Shown piece after piece: positions 24,066 to 36,345 of a DNA stretch of 64,000 nucleotides. Origin of the DNA: Macrostomum lignano (lineage: Eukaryota); contig NIVC01000514.1 in assembly GCA_002269645.1 (NCBI GenBank), positions 372,001-436,000 on the forward strand. Reading direction: 5' to 3'. Made by a program: the position numbers and the translations under genes. The first letter of the stretch is position 1; every line of letters starts with the position of its first letter. A model generated the notes under the pieces. The model had not been told where the DNA came from, did not search any database, and saw only the letters and a program-made list of their open reading frames with translations.

Positions 24066-25229
24066 CACACTCACCATGAGTTCATTATTCAAAGTTCTGA
24101 ACAAACCCTGCAGTAAATGAATGCAAGGCAACGCTCCTTCCAGGGGCAGACTTGAGACTATAAACTGGCTAAGCGCAGACGCAGCTAAGTGAATTGGCCG
24201 GGCCATTACTGTGAAGCCAGTGCAGCAGCAAAGTGCTGACGGCGGTCCCGGCACTCCGTGTCACCGGGGCCCAATTAGCACAGGCAGACGGGCAGGCAGC
24301 CTTGGCGACACTGGGGAGCTGCGGACTGCTGCTGAGGGAGGCGCAACTTTCTTCTGAGGCCCCGCCCGCCCGCCCTCCCCTGCTGCCCAGGCCGTTGTCG
24401 GCCCCGACTTGGCCGGCCTTCCTGTCCGGGCGGGAGGCCGTCAGCACTGCTGAGGGAGGAGGGGGAGGCGGCGGGTTGCGGCTTTTTGGCCCGCTGTGTT
24501 TGGAGAGGGGGGGGCTGCAAGCGGGAAGAAATGGGGATTTGGAGGTAGAGAGGGATAGACAGAGAAATGGCTTGGATTTTTTGGGAGCGAGCGCCTGCTG
24601 CCGCTGCTCCCCTGGCCTTGTTGGTGCGCAGCAAAGCTGCAGCAGTCTTCTGCAACAAGGCCGCGCATTGCCCCCCAGCCACCCCAGGCTGTCTCTCCTC
24701 TCCCAGATCTTAGTTTCGCAGAGTGCTGCACAGCGAGGGAAAACTGGCTGGCAGAATGCAGCCGGATATGCTAATACTAAAGTATATGCGGCCAAGTCTG
24801 TTCGGCCTTCATTGTTGTTGCACTGCCGAGGCCCTCAGTGCTTAGCCACAGCCTTGGGAGCGAGCCACGCCCTCTGCTTGATGCTTTATGAAGCGTAACT
24901 TTTTTGTCCGTGTCCGGCTTTTGACTGTTGAGACTGCTGGCTCATTCCTTGCCTGTCTGTCCATGTCTGCTTGGTCGCCCCATCATTCCTTTGTTTGTGC
25001 GGCCCCCTTTGAAGCATTGCGTTGTTGGGCCCCGCCCCGACTCGAATATTCATGTTATCCTCCAAGCTTGGCTTGCGGGTTGCGAGCCAGTAGCTGATGT
25101 TGTTGATAAAGGAGTTTGCCACTGGTTTTCTCGTCCTGAGCTCATCAAGTAGAATTATCAATTTTAGCCTGTATGAGTGGTACAAGAGACCATTGGTGTG
25201 CAGAGCTCAGACTCGGGAGAATCTTATGC

Positions 25230-25765
25230 CAGTCAGATAAGAGATCTCAAACCCAGTCAGATGTGAGATTTAACACTCAATCAGATCTGAGATCTCAAGC
25301 CCAGTCAGATGTGAGATTTCACTCTCAATCAGATCTGAGATCTCAAGCCCAGTCAGATGTGAGATTTCACACTCAATCAGATCTGAGATCTCAAGCCCAG
25401 TCAGATGTGAGATTTCACACTCAATCAGATCTGAGATCTCAAACCCAGTCAGATGTGAGATTTCACACTCAATCAGATCTGAGATCTCAAGCCCAGTCAG
25501 AGGTGAGATTTCACACTCAATCAGATCTGAGATCTCAAGCCCAGTCAGATGTGAGATTTCACACTCAATCAGATCTGAGATCTCAAGCCCAGTCAGAGGT
25601 GAGATCTCACACTCAATCAGATCTGAGATCTCAAGCCCAGTCAGAGGTGAGATTTCACACTCAATCAGATCTGAGATCTCAAGCCCAGTCAGAGATGAGA
25701 TCTTACATTAAATCAGATCTGAGATCTCAAGCCCAGTCAGAGGTGAGATCTTACACTAAATCACA
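25230..25765. repeat. 48-bp dimeric repeat of two 24-bp subunits (TCAGATGTGAGATTTCACACTCAA + TCAGATCTGAGATCTCAAGCCCAG), Onecut intron 2
   Basis: Direct periodicity, ~11 copies. Confidence 0.95.
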
Positions 25766-25946
25766 CTCAAATCTCAAACTCCACTCTGATTTCAGAGGCC
25801 TTCCACTCAAAAGAGGACTCCGTGGCGTCGGACAAAATCTCCCCTGCCAGAGCGGCAGGAGTCGGTGAGTTTAGCCTGAGCTGCTGCTACCCGAGGGCAG
25901 GGGGGCACCCCAAGCCTTGATGACTCGAACCCGCCCTGCATTGCAG

Positions 25947-26617
25947 CCTGCAAGCGCAAGGAGGAGCCGGACGGGCTCTCCGACCTGTCCCTGTCCTCCA
26001 CCAGCGTCGCGGACTCGGCAGCCGTTTCTGGGACCACGGCGGCCGCGGCGGCTTCTTCGCTGCTGCTGACCGCCGACTGCGCCGGCCGATCGCCGCCAAA
26101 AAAGCCGCGCCTGGTGTTCACCGACATTCAGCGGCGGACGCTGCACGCCATCTTCAAGGAGACGAAGCGGCCCAGCAAGGAGATGCAGGCAACCATTGCC
26201 CAGCAGCTTTGTCTGGAGGTGTCCACTGTCGCCAACTTCTTCATGAATGCGCGCCGGCGCTCGCTGGAGAAGTGGCAGGAGGACGACAAAATCAACGTCG
26301 GCTGTCGCCCGTCCGGTGTCGATGTCGACGAGGACTCGGTAGGCGCCGGCGCGGCCTGCGACGTCAGCGGCGTAGACGGCTGCCTACTGCCGCCCGGCTC
26401 CGACTCGCTGTTCGATGATCGCCAGTCGGAGGTGGCCTCCAACGACCCGCTGGCTGAGAACGACGACAACAGCGCCAACTCTGCCGTCGGCCTCGACGCC
26501 GCCGCCGCTGCCGTAGGCGGCTCGCCAGAGTCCGGCTCCAGCCTGCTGACCGCCGGCCACCTGCTGCAGGCCTCCATGCTCATGCAGCCCGCGCACTCCA
26601 CCCTGCCCGGCCTCTGA
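25947..26617 (+). CDS. onecut: Onecut exon 3, linker + Onecut-class homeodomain, stop TGA
   Basis: TTGCAG| acceptor; ACKRKEE...PKKPRLVFTDIQRRTLHAIFKETKRPSKEMQATIAQQLCLEVSTVANFFMNARRR with the diagnostic F48/M50. Confidence 0.97.
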
Positions 26618-26626
26618 GCTGCCAGA

Positions 26627-26790
26627 GACTGGCTGAGGATTAGCGGGATTAGCTCAGGCTGACTAGGGATTGGTGGGATTAGCGGGATTAGCTCCGGCTG
26701 ACTAGGAATCGGTGGGATTAGCGGGATTAGCTCCGGCTGACTAGGAATTAGCACAGGTTGCAGGGGTTGGTTGGGGATTAGCGGGATTAG
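26627..26790. repeat. Short degenerate GGGATTAGC-containing repeat just after the Onecut stop codon
   Basis: Three near-copies of GGGATTAGCGGGATTAGCTCCGGCTGACTAGG. Confidence 0.75.
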
Positions 26791-27493
26791 GATTAGGGAG
26801 TGGAGTTTAGCACAGACCGCAGGCAGAGATAGGTTTGCAGCAGCCTGTAGGCAGGTGGGTGTCAAGTCACAGAGCAGAGTAACAAAAACACCAATTAAAG
26901 AAATCGCTACTCCATGCGCGCTTGTGCACTGAGTTGCCGGATCTGATCATTAACTTCAAGTTGAATCTGCAGCTATAAATACCCATTAGAATCGTGTTCA
27001 GCTTATTGGCGGAGATTTCACCTGTTTGCTCGCCAACAGTTGGCTATCAATCAAGCCCCTTCATATTAGCAGTGCCCCAGCGTGTCTCCGCTTGCGTGAC
27101 TCCTGGGGACTGCGGTGTTACCACAGTGCAGCTGTACATACACGCACTCCGCCATGACCCAGCTTTATTGTTAACTACTTAGCTGTTTATTTTTTACGTT
27201 TGAAAATCTCTCGTTACCCCAACTTTATGCAGTCGGGTTGGCTGTATTTTGCTGTTTTTTCCTGTTCCCCGCTTGCTGTTGCAGCCTCCCGTTTGAAGTC
27301 TCTAGTCAGCTCGGCAAGAACTTTACTTTGCCAGTTTTATTGTCATTACTGCTGAGCTCCGCGTGCGCGTTCTAACTGCGGCTGCGGGTTCGCGCTCTCC
27401 TGGTGCGCATTTCTTGCTGAAGTCACGGGCTGCCACTTGGTGGCTGCGCTGCTGCGGCTCAAAGCTGTGCGAGGATATTTGACTGAGCCTTGG

Positions 27494-28165
27494 GAATCGC
27501 CCTTAATCCCCTACGAGTCTCCCCTAATCCCTATGAGAATCGCCCTTAATCCCCTACGAGTCTCCCCTAATCCCTATGAGAATCGCCCTTAATCCCCTAC
27601 AAGTCTCCCCTAATCCCTATGAGAATCGCCCTTAATCCCCTACGAGTCTCCCCTAATCCCTATAAGAATCGCCCTTAATCCCCTATGAGTCTCCCCTAAT
27701 CCCTATGAGAATCGCCCTTAATCCCCTACAAGTCTCCCCTAATCCCTATGAGAATCGCCCTTAATCCCCTACAAGTCTCCCCTAATCCCTATGAGAATCG
27801 CCCTTAATCCCCTACGAGTCTCCCCTAATCCCTATAAGAATCGCCCTTAATCCCCTATGAGTCTTCCCTAATCCCAATGAGAATCGCCCCTTTTCCATAA
27901 TGAGAATCGCCCCTAATCCCTATGAGAATCGCCCTTAATCCCCTATGAGTCTCCCCTAATCCCTATGAGAATCGCCCCTAATCCCCTAAGAGTCTTCCCT
28001 AATCCCTATGAGAATCGCCCCTAATCGCCTATGAGAATCGCCCCTAATCGCCTATGAGAATCGCCCCTAATCCCAATAGGAATCGCCCCTAATCCCAATA
28101 GGAATCGCCCCTTTTCCCCAATGAGAATCGCCCCTATTCCCCAATAAGAATCGCCCCTAATTCCC
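27494..28165. repeat. 43-bp (22+21) tandem repeat GAGAATCGCCCTTAATCCCCTACGAGTCTCCCCTAATCCCTAT, degrading to ~21-bp monomers
   Basis: AATCGC recurs at 27495, 27538, 27581 and onward. Confidence 0.95.
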
Positions 28166-30270
28166 TGTGCAAGTTTTCCCTAGCCCCAATGACACTCATC
28201 CCTAATCCTCTTTAAGAATTGCCACTAATCCCCTAGCGAAGCACCCCAGTCGTCTCTATGATAATCCGTCGCGTGAGCCGCTGCATTTGCGTTGAGCTGC
28301 AGCTCTGGTCTGACCAAAGTGCTTCGGCCGGCATCTGGATCGCGGCAATCCTGCATGCACAATAGCTGTTTGAGTGTTCAGCCTCTGGCTTGAGAGCCGG
28401 GGCATCGCGTTGCCATTGTATTGAGTCTATTCATATGATGTACCTCAGTGAGCTCAGCTGCACAATCAATAGATGAGTTGCATTGCGAGCTGGTTCGACC
28501 AGCCGCTCAGTTGAAATCTAGTCAGAATCTTTTGCCTTCCATGTCCGATAAGCCTGCTGCTGGTCTCTGTCCCAGGTTGTTGCACCGTTCTGCGTTATGT
28601 AAATTTCAATATTTAACATAATCTGTTTTCAATTCTGTTTTCCAAATTGGTCTTGAACCGCGTTTCTCGCATTATCGAACAAAGACTTCGTTGTTCAGTT
28701 CGCCTACCAAGACTGAGCCGCGCAGCCTGCCCACAGCCATGCTAGTTTGTCTTACTTAGTTCTGTCATTTCAGAGCGCGTCAGAATACATCAATTTTGCA
28801 TTCATATAAGCTAATATTAATATATATTACTAATATATTATTGAGCCAATGCTATTATCATGAAGTTTAACTGTTGCATGTTACGCCAGCGTTTTTTCTT
28901 CATTTTGCCACCAAGCGAGCTCCCACCATGCTTGCTTCATCCGCAGCGCGGAGGTCCAGAAGGCTAAGAAAGTATCTCCATTTTTGTGTGGCAAAAACTG
29001 CAAAATGCAATCCAGCCAATGCATTTTGCTGGGGAATTTGCGCAGCGCCCTGCTTCTGCCTTGTGAACAAAAATTTAGTAGAAACACGCTGCCAGCAAAG
29101 GTGGGAAGCATTCGCTGCCCGCCTGTCCCTGTCGGCTGAAAAAGTTGCCATCATCAATGATGCACTCTGTAGCGAAACCGGCCTTCAATTCTGCTAACAT
29201 TTCCAAGGGACGGGGGGACTCTTGAAGTCCTTGAAAAAGTTTCCGATCCGAGGCCTCCTTGCTTCCACGTCCTGGTACGACACCCGCGCAGATCAGCACT
29301 GGGGATTGAGTGGGCTTAAAAAGGTTTAATTGGAAATGTCCCCTAGAAGAAAATGGCCGTTTCTCTCTTGTCCGCGACCTGGCCGGGGATCCGTGGGGGC
29401 TTGTGGGCGGAATTCCCAGAAACTTGAAACCCGGGCGAGTCGTAGAAGAGCCTTCTTTGCAGGAAAGGGCTTTGAGGCGCTGCAGTGAGCGAGACTGGCG
29501 GCCGAGAGCTGCTCCACTGTATCAAATATTTATGCCAGGACGGAGAAGTCGGTCCCTTTTAGCTCGCTTGCATTTCTGCTGCGAGACTTGAGAATTTTTT
29601 ATGCCTGCAAGCTGCAAATTAATCCAGCATCTTGCCGCGCTAAGCGCCACCTTGGTCTTGTTTAGAGAAGCCATATTTGCGTGCTGCTAATCTTGGGAAA
29701 TTGAAAATGAGATGGAACTCGTGTCCTCAATTTCGCGAGCAGATAGGTGGTGGGAATAGTGGAATTTATTTCTACTTTTATACTACTGCTATAAGTATTT
29801 ATAGCGGTTCCGAATGACGACGCGAGTTAAAATGTTCGCATATCAGTAGGTAGTGAGTAGTAAAGTAGACACTAAACAGTCAACTTCTGCGATAGCGCGA
29901 TAATATGAGTAATCGATAGAGACTGGTCAATAAACTGGGAATTCCTCATTCCTGCAGCTGTGGCAGGCCGGCAAGCTTGCAGTGGAGGGCAGAGGCGAGT
30001 CACTCTCGTCTCGTACATTGCTTTCTGAACAGTTTTTGTTCGTACACGTCTAGGCAAAACAGATATTTTGCATCTCTTATCTTGGTAGTGCGCTGTCTAA
30101 TTTCGACGCTGTAAAATTTCAACGCCATTCAGAATTCAAGGATTCCCTTTTAAGCAGCGTCTCTTGTGAAGCACGGCTCAAAAACTACTTAACAAGATAT
30201 ACTCGTAGTTTGAGTCTGCAATGAGTCATAATAATACTCGTGGATTATCGGCAATTCTGACAGTTTAAAA

Positions 30271-30595
30271 TTAATGCCATGCACTCAATTCAAATCGCGC
30301 TCCTAACAGTAACCCGCACATTCTGGTCGTCGAGCAGCCTCGCGAGCATCTGGTTGAGCTCCAAAGGGCTGAGCAGGTCAAGTAGTTGATAATCTTCTTC
30401 TTGTTCATGGAGTTCAGCATGCGCCACAGCTGCAGATTCTGCTCCACCGTCTGCTGGATGGCCCTGCTGCTCTCCGTGGCCTCCACCTGCGCGTAGACCT
30501 GGATCAGCGGCAGCACGAAAATTGTGATGAAGTTCACTTGCACTTGTGGCACCTGGGTGTCGCGCTTGAGGCTGGCTGGAATGCAAAATTGGTTC
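30271..30595 (-). CDS. Phosphodiesterase last exon (invariant-Gln region QVQVNFI); C-terminus may be frameshifted
   Basis: CTGCAG| acceptor at 30596; RDTQVPQVQVNFITIFVLPL corresponds to the PDE SQIGFI.YIV.PL region. Confidence 0.75.
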
Positions 30596-30628
30596 CTGCA
30601 GGCACAATTTCTGCTTAATCAAAACTCG

Positions 30629-31205
30629 TATCTAACAGCTGCTGTCTATATCTAACAGCTGCCGCTCGTATCTAACAGCTGCCACTCATATCTAACAGCT
30701 GCCGCTCATATCTAACAGCTGCCGCTCATATCTAACAGCTGCTGCTCATATCTAACAGCTGCTGCTCGTATCTAACAGCTGCCGCTCATATCTAACAGCT
30801 GCCGCTCATATCTAACAGCTGCCGCTCATATCTAACAGCTGCTGCTCATAACAGCTGCTGCTCGTATCTAACAGCAGCCGCTCATATCTAACAGCTGCCG
30901 CTCGTATCTAACAGCTGCCGCTCATATCTAACAGCTGCCGCTCATATCTAACAGCAGCCGCTCATATCTAACAGCAGCCGCTCATATCTAACAGCTGCTG
31001 CTCATAACAGCTGCTGCTCGTATCTAACAGCAGCCGCTCATATCTAACAGCTGCTGCTCATAACAGCTGCTGCTCGTATCTAACAGCAGCCGCTCATATC
31101 TAACAGCTGCCGCTCATATCTAACAGCAGCCGCTCATATCTAACAGCTGCCGCTCATGTCTAACAGCTGCCGCTCATATCTAACAGGTTGACGCTCATAT
31201 CTAAC
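30629..31205. repeat. 20-bp tandem repeat (TATCTAACAGCTGCCGCTCA), PDE intron
   Basis: Direct periodicity, ~28 copies. Confidence 0.95.
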
Positions 31206-31369
31206 CGGGACATGCTAATTCTATCCAACCAAATCTAATAGGTGATCATATCTAACAGCTGTACAACAGGTGCAATTCTGTCCTAGCTGACAACCTCAGT
31301 TGTTCTGCTGTCCCAAACGAACCTGTGAAAACGCCCTGCACTTTCAGCAAGTCCTCCGAGCTCATAAAC

Positions 31370-31596
31370 CGCTGCCGGCAGACGTTCTCCAGGTCGCCCT
31401 GTCGGTAGAACTCCTGGCAGACCAGCTCCGCCCAGGCGCTGCAGATCGGCCACTCGCGGAACGGATTCCCGATGTCCGCGCACTTGATGATCAGCTCCAG
31501 CAGGTCCATCTTCACCGTGCCCTTGTGGCCGCGGTTTGGCTCGCTGTTGCTGCCGCTGTCCGCCTGCCTGGCCTCCTCAGCCCGCAGCAGGTCCGC
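31370..31596 (-). CDS. Phosphodiesterase exon (LIIKCADIGNP...EFYRQGD); 3' donor uncertain
   Basis: Conserved KCADI.NP and EF..QGD motifs; GGCAG| acceptor is phase 0; the phase-compatible donor at 31369 (GTTTAT) is weak and alternatives exist near 31322. Confidence 0.85.
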
Positions 31597-31649
31597 CTGC
31601 CGAGTCGGCCAGGTGAAAATTTTCTTAACCTTGCAGTCCTGCTGCTTAT

Positions 31650-33337
31650 AATGCATTTCTAGACCTCCGCTTGCTGATTGGCTGGTTGCTGCTGCCTACT
31701 CCAACATGCATTTCTAGCCCTCGGCTCGCTGATTGGCTGGTTGCTGCTGCCTACTCCAACATGCATTTCTAGACCTCCGCTTGCTGATTGGCTGGTTGCT
31801 GCTGCCTACTCCAACATGCATTTCTAGCCCTCCGCTCGCTGATTGGCTAGTTGCTGCTGCCTACTCCAACATGCATTTCTAGACCTCCGCTTGCTGATTG
31901 GCTGGTTGCTGCTGCCTACTCCAACATACATTTCTAGCCCTCGGCTCGCTGATTGGCTAGTTGCTGCTGCCTACTCCAACATGCATTTCTAGCCCTCGGC
32001 TCGCTGATTGGCTGGTTGCTGCTGCCTACTCCAACATGCATTTCTAGCCCTCGGCTCGCGGATTGGCTGGTTGCTGCTGCCTACTCCAACATGCATTTCT
32101 AGCCCTCGGCTCGCGGATTGGCTGGTTGCTGCTGCCTACTCCAACATACATTTCTAGCCCTCGGCTCGCTGATTGGCTGGTTGCTGCTGCCTACTCCAAC
32201 ATGCATTTCTAGACCTCCGCTTGCTGATTGGCTGGTTGCTGCTGCCTACTCCAACATGCATTTCTAGCCCTCGGCTCGCGGATTGGCTGGTTGCTGCTGC
32301 CTACTCCAACATGCATTTCTAGCCCTCGGCTCGCTGATTGGCTGGTTGCTGCTGCCTACTCCAACATACATTTCTAGCCCTCGGCTCGCTGATTGGCTGG
32401 TTGCTGCTGCCTACTCCAACATGCATTTCTAGCCCTCGGCTCGCGGATTGGCTGGTTGCTGCTGCCTACTCCAACATACATTTCTAGCCCTCGGCTCGCT
32501 GATTGGCTGGTTGCTGCTGCCTACTCCAACATGCATTTCTAGACCTCCGCTTGCTGATTGGCTGGTTGCTGCTGCCTACTCCAACATGCATTTCTAGCCC
32601 TCGGCTCGCGGATTGGCTGGTTGCTGCTGCCTACTCCAACATGCATTTCTAGCCCTCGGCTCGCTGATTGGCTGGTTGCTGCTGCCTACTCCAACATACA
32701 TTTCTAGCCCTCGGCTCGCGGATTGGCTGGTTGCTGCTGCCTACTCCAACATACATTTCTAGCCCTCGGCTCGCTGATTGGCTGGTTGCTGCTGCCTACT
32801 CCAACATACATTTCTAGCCCTCGGCTCGCGGATTGGCTGGTTGCTGCTGCCTACTCCAACATGCATTTCTAGACCTCCGCTCGCTGATTGGCTGGTTGCT
32901 GCTGCCTACTCCAACATGCATTTCTAGCCCTCGGCTCGCTGATTGGCTGGTTGCTGCTGCCTACTCCAACATACATTTCTAGCCCTCGGCTCGCTGATTG
33001 GCTGGTTGCTGCTGCCTACTCCAACATGCATTTCTAGCCCTCGGCTCGCTGATTGGCTGGTTGATGCTGCCTACTCCAACATACATTTCTAGCCCTCGGC
33101 TCGCTGATTGGCTGGTTGCTGCTGCCTACTCCAACATGCATTTCTAGACCTCCGCTTGCTGATTGGCTGGTTGCTGCTGCCTACTCCAACATGCATTTCT
33201 AGCCCTCGGCTCGCGGATTGGCTGGTTGCTGCTGCCTACTCCAACATGCATTTCTAGCCCTCGGCTCGCTGATTGGCTGGTTGCTGCTGCATACTCCAAC
33301 ATGCATTTCTAGCCCTCGGCTCGCGGATTAGCTGGTT
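31650..33337. repeat. 55-bp tandem repeat (CATGCATTTCTAGCCCTCGGCTCGCTGATTGGCTGGTTGCTGCTGCCTACTCCAA), ~30 copies, fills a PDE intron
   Basis: Direct periodicity; occupies ~1690 of 1804 intron bases. Confidence 0.98.
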
Positions 33338-33400
33338 CCCTGAACAGTTTTAGAAATTTATCTATTCAATATCAAAATCAAAATAAATTCTCAGACCCAC

Positions 33401-33597
33401 CTGGAACTTCTCCACCAGACTCTTATGCCTGTCCATGTCCGTGGCGTTTATGAGGTCGGACATGAGCTGGACGGTTGCCATGCGCTGCTGTTCGGTGAGC
33501 TTAAGCGTCTCCATCAGGCCGGACTGGAGGAGCAGCGAGCAGCCCATGCGGGTGTGGTGGTTCTCCAGAGTGAACTGGGTGTCACCTTTGGAATCGT
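33401..33597 (-). CDS. Phosphodiesterase exon (TLENHH ... LINATDM)
   Basis: CCCAG| acceptor phase 1, CAG|GTGGGT donor phase 0; conserved ENHH and ATD motifs. Confidence 0.92.
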
Positions 33598-33939
33598 CTG
33601 GGAGGCGCAGAGGCGCGGGACAGCCAGGTGAGAGCCAGTGCACGCACACGCAATTTCATAAAAATTCACAATATGACATAAATGCTGGCTTCGCAGATTG
33701 ACACCAAGTTTCAAGAAGTCAGCAGCAAGCGGCACCGGAGCTCTGAAGATTTCTATTGTAGTATTACAGAGCACAGCACTGCCGCTCTTCGACCCAAACC
33801 AGAGCCTTGCTGAGCCAGACCAAGCCGGGGCTACTTTACTAAGCTCAAATTTTTACATCGTGGGAAACGATGTAATGTAATGTAATAGTACACCTGACCT
33901 GCTGCTGCTAGCCGCCACAAATCAAATGCAGCCTCCTAC

Positions 33940-34602
33940 CTTTCCTCAGCTCGCGGAAGCGGTCGTTATACGCCTTGAAGAAGTGGTCGTGATTGAACAG
34001 GCACAGGTACTTTGTAGTGCAGCCCGGGTGGCCCACATCGTGGCACAGCGCGGCCAGCAGGGTGGTGAACACCTCCAGCTTGTTGAGGTGGAACTTGTGC
34101 TGAATGCCCGGCTGCTGCAGCATCACGTAGAAGGCCTGGGTGACGTCGATGGCGTGCAGCTGGTTGTGGTAGGGGTTGCGGTACTGGTACAGCCCCGCCG
34201 TGCGCTGCAGCAGCCAGGCGCAGATCACGGGGTCCATGCACAGGCTGCCGGCCTGGAAGAAGCCGCAGCGGTCGAACAGGAACATGCCGAACTGGTGCAT
34301 CGGCTGCTCCACCAAGCGGTCCAGGGCGAACACGTCGAAGCGGCATGGCGAGTCGATCTGGCGCCGCAGCAGCAGCTCGGCCGAGCCGAAGTACGAGGCA
34401 TCCAGCACGCCCAGCTGGTCCACGGGGCGGCGGTAGCCGTCCTCCTGCAGGCGGACCTCCACCTGCACGTTCATGGAGCGCGGGTTCACGTGGAAGGTCT
34501 GGTGAGAGCGCGGCTTCAGCAGGCGGCAGCGGCTGCTGGAGCGGGCCTGGCTGCAGTCGGCGCCAAGCGGCATCGCGAAGAGAAATCGGCAGATACTCGC
34601 GG
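33940..34602 (-). CDS. Class I cyclic nucleotide phosphodiesterase catalytic exon, PDE7-like. Model: ~35139..35004, 34602..33940, 33597..33401, 31596..31370, 30595..30271
   Basis: FDVFALDRL, NPYHNQLHAIDVTQA and HDVGHPG metal-binding motifs; donor AAG|GTAGGA. The PDE7 resemblance is from remembered alignment (LLQSGL, NPFREW, QQP) and is tentative; 5' acceptor at 34603 inferred from phase. Confidence 0.93.
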
Positions 34603-35003
34603 CTTCGAATGGTTAAAATACTCGAGTGAATTATTTGGTACTTTTATTGCTTAACAAAATCTGGGGCGCAGAGGCCGTCGGCTTTACAAGCAAAAGATTG
34701 ACTCTGGGCCATAGATGCAGCGCTTCAGACTCCAGCTTCAGATTTATCCCCCACTTTTTTATTTTCATTCATTTATTTAACCGGGCCAGATAAATGACGC
34801 AACTTTTGACATAGACATGTATTTTGAGTTACAAATGAACGAGCAGCAAACGATGGAACGAGCAATGTTTTGAACAAAAACGGATATTCAGTCTAATTAG
34901 ATGTCATTGAAATGTATATAAACGCTTATTGTTGTTAATAGAAGTTAATTAAATTAATTAATTAATGATCAATCAAAGTGGATGCTGATTCTGTTAGTCT
35001 CAC

Positions 35004-35139
35004 CGCATATTTCTAGTCGCTTCTTCTTTTTGGGGGTCGCAGTGTCAACGGCAGACGTTGAGACGGCATCAGGAGGAGCTGTAGGCGCAGGTGTTGTTGT
35101 CGCTACTCCAGACGTTATCCTGAGCGGCTCGCTGATCAT
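35004..35139 (-). CDS. Putative upstream PDE exon (may extend to ~35184)
   Basis: Open frame MISEPLR...KKKKRLEIC ending in a strong G|GTGAGA donor, phase 1, compatible with the acceptor at 34603. Confidence 0.5.
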
Positions 35140-35886
35140 TCTCTGTTGGTTTACGGACACTCCAATGTACTTCTCCACGGGGTGCTGCTATGCCCCGTTA
35201 CACGGCATATATCGGCGCGCTGCATGCCGGATTCGTGCAGCCGGGTGGCGCATGTCTTTCTCAAGCTTTGGTTGGTGTATCGAGCCGTGTCATTAGGAGC
35301 TCTTATCGTCTCTCCTCTTGCATCTTTGCCGTCTCCCTTCTCTTTTTTCTCTTTCCTTCTCGTTTTTTACCATAGACTACAGACTTTGGCGCCGTCAGCC
35401 AAGCGAGGGATAAATAGAGTATTACCCCATGGATTCATTTAATTTGGGCCTCAAGAGTGACCTCGGGCTGCATTTCTATGGCCTCGGCTTCGCCTCGGCC
35501 AATAAATGCAGCCTCGGTCACTCTATCAGCCAAATAAATAAATCCATAGGGGTAATACCATTTACTTGGCTAAGGCTAAGGCGAAGAACTGCTGCCCTGG
35601 AACTGGTTATTCGGATCTCTAATTAAGCCGCCCGTAGAAATAGGGAGCCGAACCGCGGCCACAAGGACACGGTGAAGATGCCCGGTGGTGCTGCCCACAG
35701 CCGGCTGACGCTGCCGACACCCTACCAGCCAGGACAGGCGAAGTCTTTCCTCTGCCCTGCGTGTTTTGCTGTTCTACCTGACTTCCAACTTTCATTCTCA
35801 TCGCGGACTCCTCATTTTCGTTTTGCAAACGTCCGTCGGCAGGATATGCGTGGAAGCCGCTTGACTCGGCCTCGTGGTCCAAGACA

Positions 35887-35901
35887 GAGAGAGAGGGAGA
35901 G

Positions 35902-35933
<32 letters not shown>
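35887..35933. repeat. (GA)n microsatellite
   Basis: Direct. Confidence 0.9.
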
Positions 35934-35935
<2 letters not shown>

Positions 35936-36194
35936 TTCAATTCTGTGTAGCACAATAGTACCTGGGCTCGAATCCGCGTACAGCCGCGTTTATTTAGGAC
36001 TCAAGTTTTAAGTTGTGGCCCATGAGCTCTTTAGTCACAGCGTGGACGATGAGATGAATAAAGTCAGGGCCGCTGTACACCCCGTATGATTTTTGCCTGC
36101 GTACGCATCTGTGTGAGCTTGCATGCGCAGGGCCGAGTAACAATAGCAATTGATCAACCACCTTATGGACAGCTCCGCATCTGAAGGCTCCGTA

Positions 36195-36345
36195 CGGCTG
36201 TTCAGTCCGAGGACTGGGAGGGGGGCAATTGCCCCAGTTAATGCTGGCACCCATTTTACATCCACTGGGTGAACTGAAGCAATGCAGAGTTAAGTGCCTT
36301 GCTCAACGACACAAATTGTTCCGAGAAAGATCAAGAATCGAACCC
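36195..36345 (-). mobile_element. SINE copy (same family as 21869)
   Basis: GGTTCGATTC B-box, then TTGAGCAAGGCACTTAACTCTGCATTGCTTCAGTTCACCCAG...GTAAAATGGGTGCC and AGTCCTCGGACTGAACAGCC tail. Confidence 0.75.

Noticed and set aside
22928-24254. Cys/His-rich 'WCHQCG' metal-binding-like ORFs
   Set aside because: Translation of the 30-bp intronic array inside Onecut intron 2.
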